Shown here: one piece after another, positions 61,221 to 64,000 of the stretch
How positions within the stretch are numbered: position 1 is the first letter of the stretch
Layout of the letters: each line of letters opens with the position of its first letter
Assembly: GCA_963771175.1 (NCBI GenBank)
Contig: CAVYSY010000057.1
Span: 96,001 to 160,000 of the forward strand
Reading direction: 5' to 3'
Length of the DNA: 64,000 nucleotides
Source of the DNA: an uncultured delta proteobacterium
Lineage (GTDB): Bacteria; Myxococcota; Myxococcia; Myxococcales; Myxococcaceae
Notes under the pieces: generated by a model
What the model was told of the DNA's origin: nothing
The model's input: the letters and a program-made list of their open reading frames with translations, nothing else
The model's database searches: none
Translations under genes and position numbers: made by a program

Positions 61221-62670
61221 TCACCTCCGCCGTGGAAGGCAGGAGAGGGGCAGCGTCCACAGCTCCTCTCCCGTCACGGTGTCGTCCGCGACGAAGTACA
61301 CCCGCGAGCCCGAGAGGGTGAAGCCCGTCGGGTTGGAGGAGATGGGGCCGGGCACGATGTCTTGGATGCGCATCGTGCCGGCCTCCGTCCCATCGCTCCG
61401 CCATGGCTCGCGGCCCGTCGTCCCGTCGAAGGCGGAGAAGAAGAGCCAGTCCCCCACGGCCGCCAGGTCGTCTGGCTCCGAGCCCTCCGGACCGGGGACG
61501 ATGTCCTTCACCCGTACCGTCCCCGCGTCCGTCCCGTCGCTCCTCCACAGCTCGCCCAACTCGTCGGCGATGTTGTGGAAGAAGAGCTGCCCGCCCGCGG
61601 CCACCATCGGGCGTGGCGCGGGGGAGACATCCCCCACCTGGACGGTCCCCTCCGCCGTGCCGTCGCTCTTGTAGAGCCTGAGATTGAAGGCCTCGTCGAA
61701 GATGGAGAAGAAGACCGTGTCGCCCACCGCGACGAGGCCACTCGGGAACGAGCCCCGGGGACCGGGGATGATGTCCTTGACCAGCCTCGTCCCCCTCGCC
61801 GTCCCGTCGCTCACGAACAGCTCGCGGTTCTCTCCCCCCGCGAAGGCGGCGAAGAAGACCTGTTTGCCCGCCCGGGTCATGAAGATGGGACCGGAGCTCT
61901 CCGGGCCTGGAGACAGGTCCGCGAGCCGGAACGTCCCGGACCGCGTGCCATCGCTCCGCCACGGCTCCGCCCCGCCCGCCGCGTCGAAGCCGCTGAAGAG
62001 GACGAAGCTGCCCAGGGCCTCCAGATTCGAGGTGAAGAAGACGTTGGACGCCACCAGGAACGTCCCGCGCCGGGTCCCATCGCTCGTCCATAGCTCCTGG
62101 GGGCCCCCCGGCCTGTTGAGGAAGAAGAAGAGCTTGCCGTCCGCCGCGGTCAGCGCGAAGGCCTCGGCGCCCTCGGGGCCAGGGATGAGGTCCTCGACCA
62201 GCCTCGTCCCGGCCGCCGTCCCATCGCTCTTCCACAGCTCCCGGCCGTGGACCCCGTCATCCGCCGTGAAGTAGAGCGTGCGCCCCACGGCGACGAGGCT
62301 TCGCGGGTCCGAGCTGGCCGCGCCGGGAGCGATGTCGTCCACCCGCCTCGTGCCCCCTCCGGTCCCATTGCTCCTCCACAGCTCGCGGCCGCTGCTCCCG
62401 TCATCCGCCGTGAAGAAGAGCAACCCATTCACGTCCGTCAGCTCCCTCGGCACCGAGCCATCAGCACAGGGAAGGATGTCCTTGAGCAGGGAGGCCCCCG
62501 AGCAGTTCCTCCTCGAGGGAGCGCCTGCCAGCTCCCGCGGCTCCGTGCTTCCGGGCTCCTCCGCGGGCGCCTCGACCTCGGCGGGAGAACAGCCCGTCAG
62601 CAGGGAAGGAAGGACGAGCAACAGGAAGGCCAGCGGCCCCCACGGGAAGCCCCTGCCCCGGCCCGTGTGA
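61221..62670 (-). CDS. ELWxxDGT-repeat lipoprotein (start codon uncertain)
   Basis: Repeats GRELWKSDGT, EPWRSDGT; signal LAFLLLVLPSLLTGC without a nearby in-frame start codon. Confidence 0.75.
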
Positions 62671-64000
62671 CTTCCGCCGACGCGCCAGGCCCAGCGCCAG
62701 CGCGGGCAACCCGAGGAGGAGCCCCCCGAGGCCGAGGAGGTGCGACCCGCTCCGGGACGCCTCGGCCAGGGTGCCCCCGCCCGCCTCGCCCCGAGCCTCT
62801 CCCCGGCGGCCATCCGGCGCGGCCGTGCCAGGACGGCATTCACCAATCGAGGCGCGCGGCAGGGCCCACAGCTCGGCCCCGGTGCTCCTCTCGAAGGCAC
62901 GGAAGAAGACGTGCCCACCGGAGACGGTGAAGGCTCGAGGACCCGAGAAGCGAGGCCCTCCCGTCACGGTGCGGATGCGGTAGGTCCCCGCCTCGGTCCC
63001 GTCGCTCCGCCACAGCTCGTCGAAGGACCTGGCATCGCTGGCGGAGAACAGGAGCGTCCCGTCGGCCACCGCCAGCCAGGTCGGGAACCCACCCTCGGGG
63101 CCGGGGAAGATGTCCTTGACGAGCACCGTCCCGGCCTCCGTCCCATCCGTCCGCCAGAGTTCGACGCCGTGGACCCCGTCCTCCGCGTCGAACATCAACA
63201 CATCCCCCAGTGCGACCCGGAAGCGGGGGAGATCGTCGTCGGGGAACGAGTCCTCGGGACCGGGGTTGACGTCCTTGATGAGGTGGGTCCCCGCCTCCGT
63301 CCCATCGCTCACCCAGGGCTCATCGCCATGCTCCGGAGTGCTGGCGAAGAAGAAGAGGCGGCCTCCGACGGCGAGAGTCCCGTCGAGGTTCGACCAGTCC
63401 GGCCCGGGGAGGACGTCCTTGACGAGCACCGTGCCCGCCTCCGTCCCGTCGCTCTTCCACAGCTCGCGGCCGTGGACCTCGTCATCGGCGGAGAAGAAGA
63501 GCGTGTCGCCCACCACGGCGAGGTGGAAGGGGAACGCGCTGTCGGGTCCGGGGAGGATGTCCTTGACGAGCACCGTGCCCGCCTCCGTCCCGTCGCTCTT
63601 CCACAGCTCACCGCCGTGGACGCCCTCCTCGGCCTCGAAGAAGAGCACGCCTCCGGCGGCGACGAGGGAGGACGGGATGGACGACTCCAGACCCGGGAAG
63701 ATGTCCGCCACCAGGAACGTCCCGGCCTCCGTCCCGTCGCTCCTCCACAGCTCCCTGCCGTGGACTCCGTCGTCCGCGGTGAAGAAGAGGACACCGTCCA
63801 CGAACATCAGCCCCGTGGGAGATGAGCTCGCCTCCCCCGGGAAGACGTCCTTGACGAGCACCGTGCCCGCCGCCGTCCCGTCGCTCTTCCACAGCTCGCG
63901 GCCGTGGACTCCGTCGTCCGCCGTGAAGAACACCACCCCGTCCCCCAGCACCATCGGCTCGAAGGCGAGGCCCGTCTCGTCATCGAGTTCGGGCAACGAG
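62461..64000 (-). CDS. ELWxxDGT-repeat protein, 5' end outside the window
   Basis: Seven or more FFTADDGVHGRELWKSDGTEAGTVLVKDI.PG repeats, then a TM segment with RRRK; true stop uncertain. Confidence 0.85.
   Translation of the reverse strand, partial: SLPELDDETGLAFEPMVLGDGVVFFTADDGVHGRELWKSDGTAAGTVLVKDVFPGEASSSPTGLMFVDGVLFFTADDGVHGRELWRSDGTEAGTFLVADIFPGLESSIPSSLVAAGGVLFFEAEEGVHGGELWKSDGTEAGTVLVKDILPGPDSAFPFHLAVVGDTLFFSADDEVHGRELWKSDGTEAGTVLVKDVLPGPDWSNLDGTLAVGGRLFFFASTPEHGDEPWVSDGTEAGTHLIKDVNPGPEDSFPDDDLPRFRVALGDVLMFDAEDGVHGVELWRTDGTEAGTVLVKDIFPGPEGGFPTWLAVADGTLLFSASDARSFDELWRSDGTEAGTYRIRTVTGGPRFSGPRAFTVSGGHVFFRAFERSTGAELWALPRASIGECRPGTAAPDGRRGEARGEAGGGTLAEASRSGSHLLGLGGLLLGLPALALGLARRRKSHGPGQGLPVGAAGLPVARPSFPADGLFSRRGRGARGGARKHGAAGAGRRSLEEELLGGLPAQGHPSLC

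Overview
High-GC myxobacterial chromosome segment (Archangium/Cystobacter-like, inferred from cglD, TIGR02266 PilZ, DUF2378, ELWxxDGT repeats and a CorE-type ECF sigma factor). Core content: S8 protease N-terminus, a six-gene glycerol/polyol-type ABC transporter, long-form Lhr helicase, Zn-ADH, Rieske oxygenase/MarR, a copper P1B-ATPase with a Cys-rich ECF sigma factor, sthA, M14 peptidase, a cyclase-STAND-TPR protein, the cglD-PilZ-sbcCD block, a fimU-pilV-pilW-pilX-like cluster without pilY1, purple acid phosphatase, neutral ceramidase and two ELWxxDGT proteins. Three lower-GC conflict-type islets stand out: (i) a non-lipoprotein restriction-endonuclease-fold toxin with a cognate and a truncated orphan immunity gene; (ii) an SH3 + DUF3289-like protein coupled to a membrane protein; (iii) a small Cys-rich lipoprotein with a hydrophobic tail plus a partner gene, present twice, the second copy having lost most of the lipoprotein but kept the partner. 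Islet (iii) is the best candidate for an undescribed toxin-immunity family. Many unrelated genes carry single-base frameshifts, probably assembly errors, so pseudogene calls are tentative. All family assignments are from motif recognition by eye, not from database searches.
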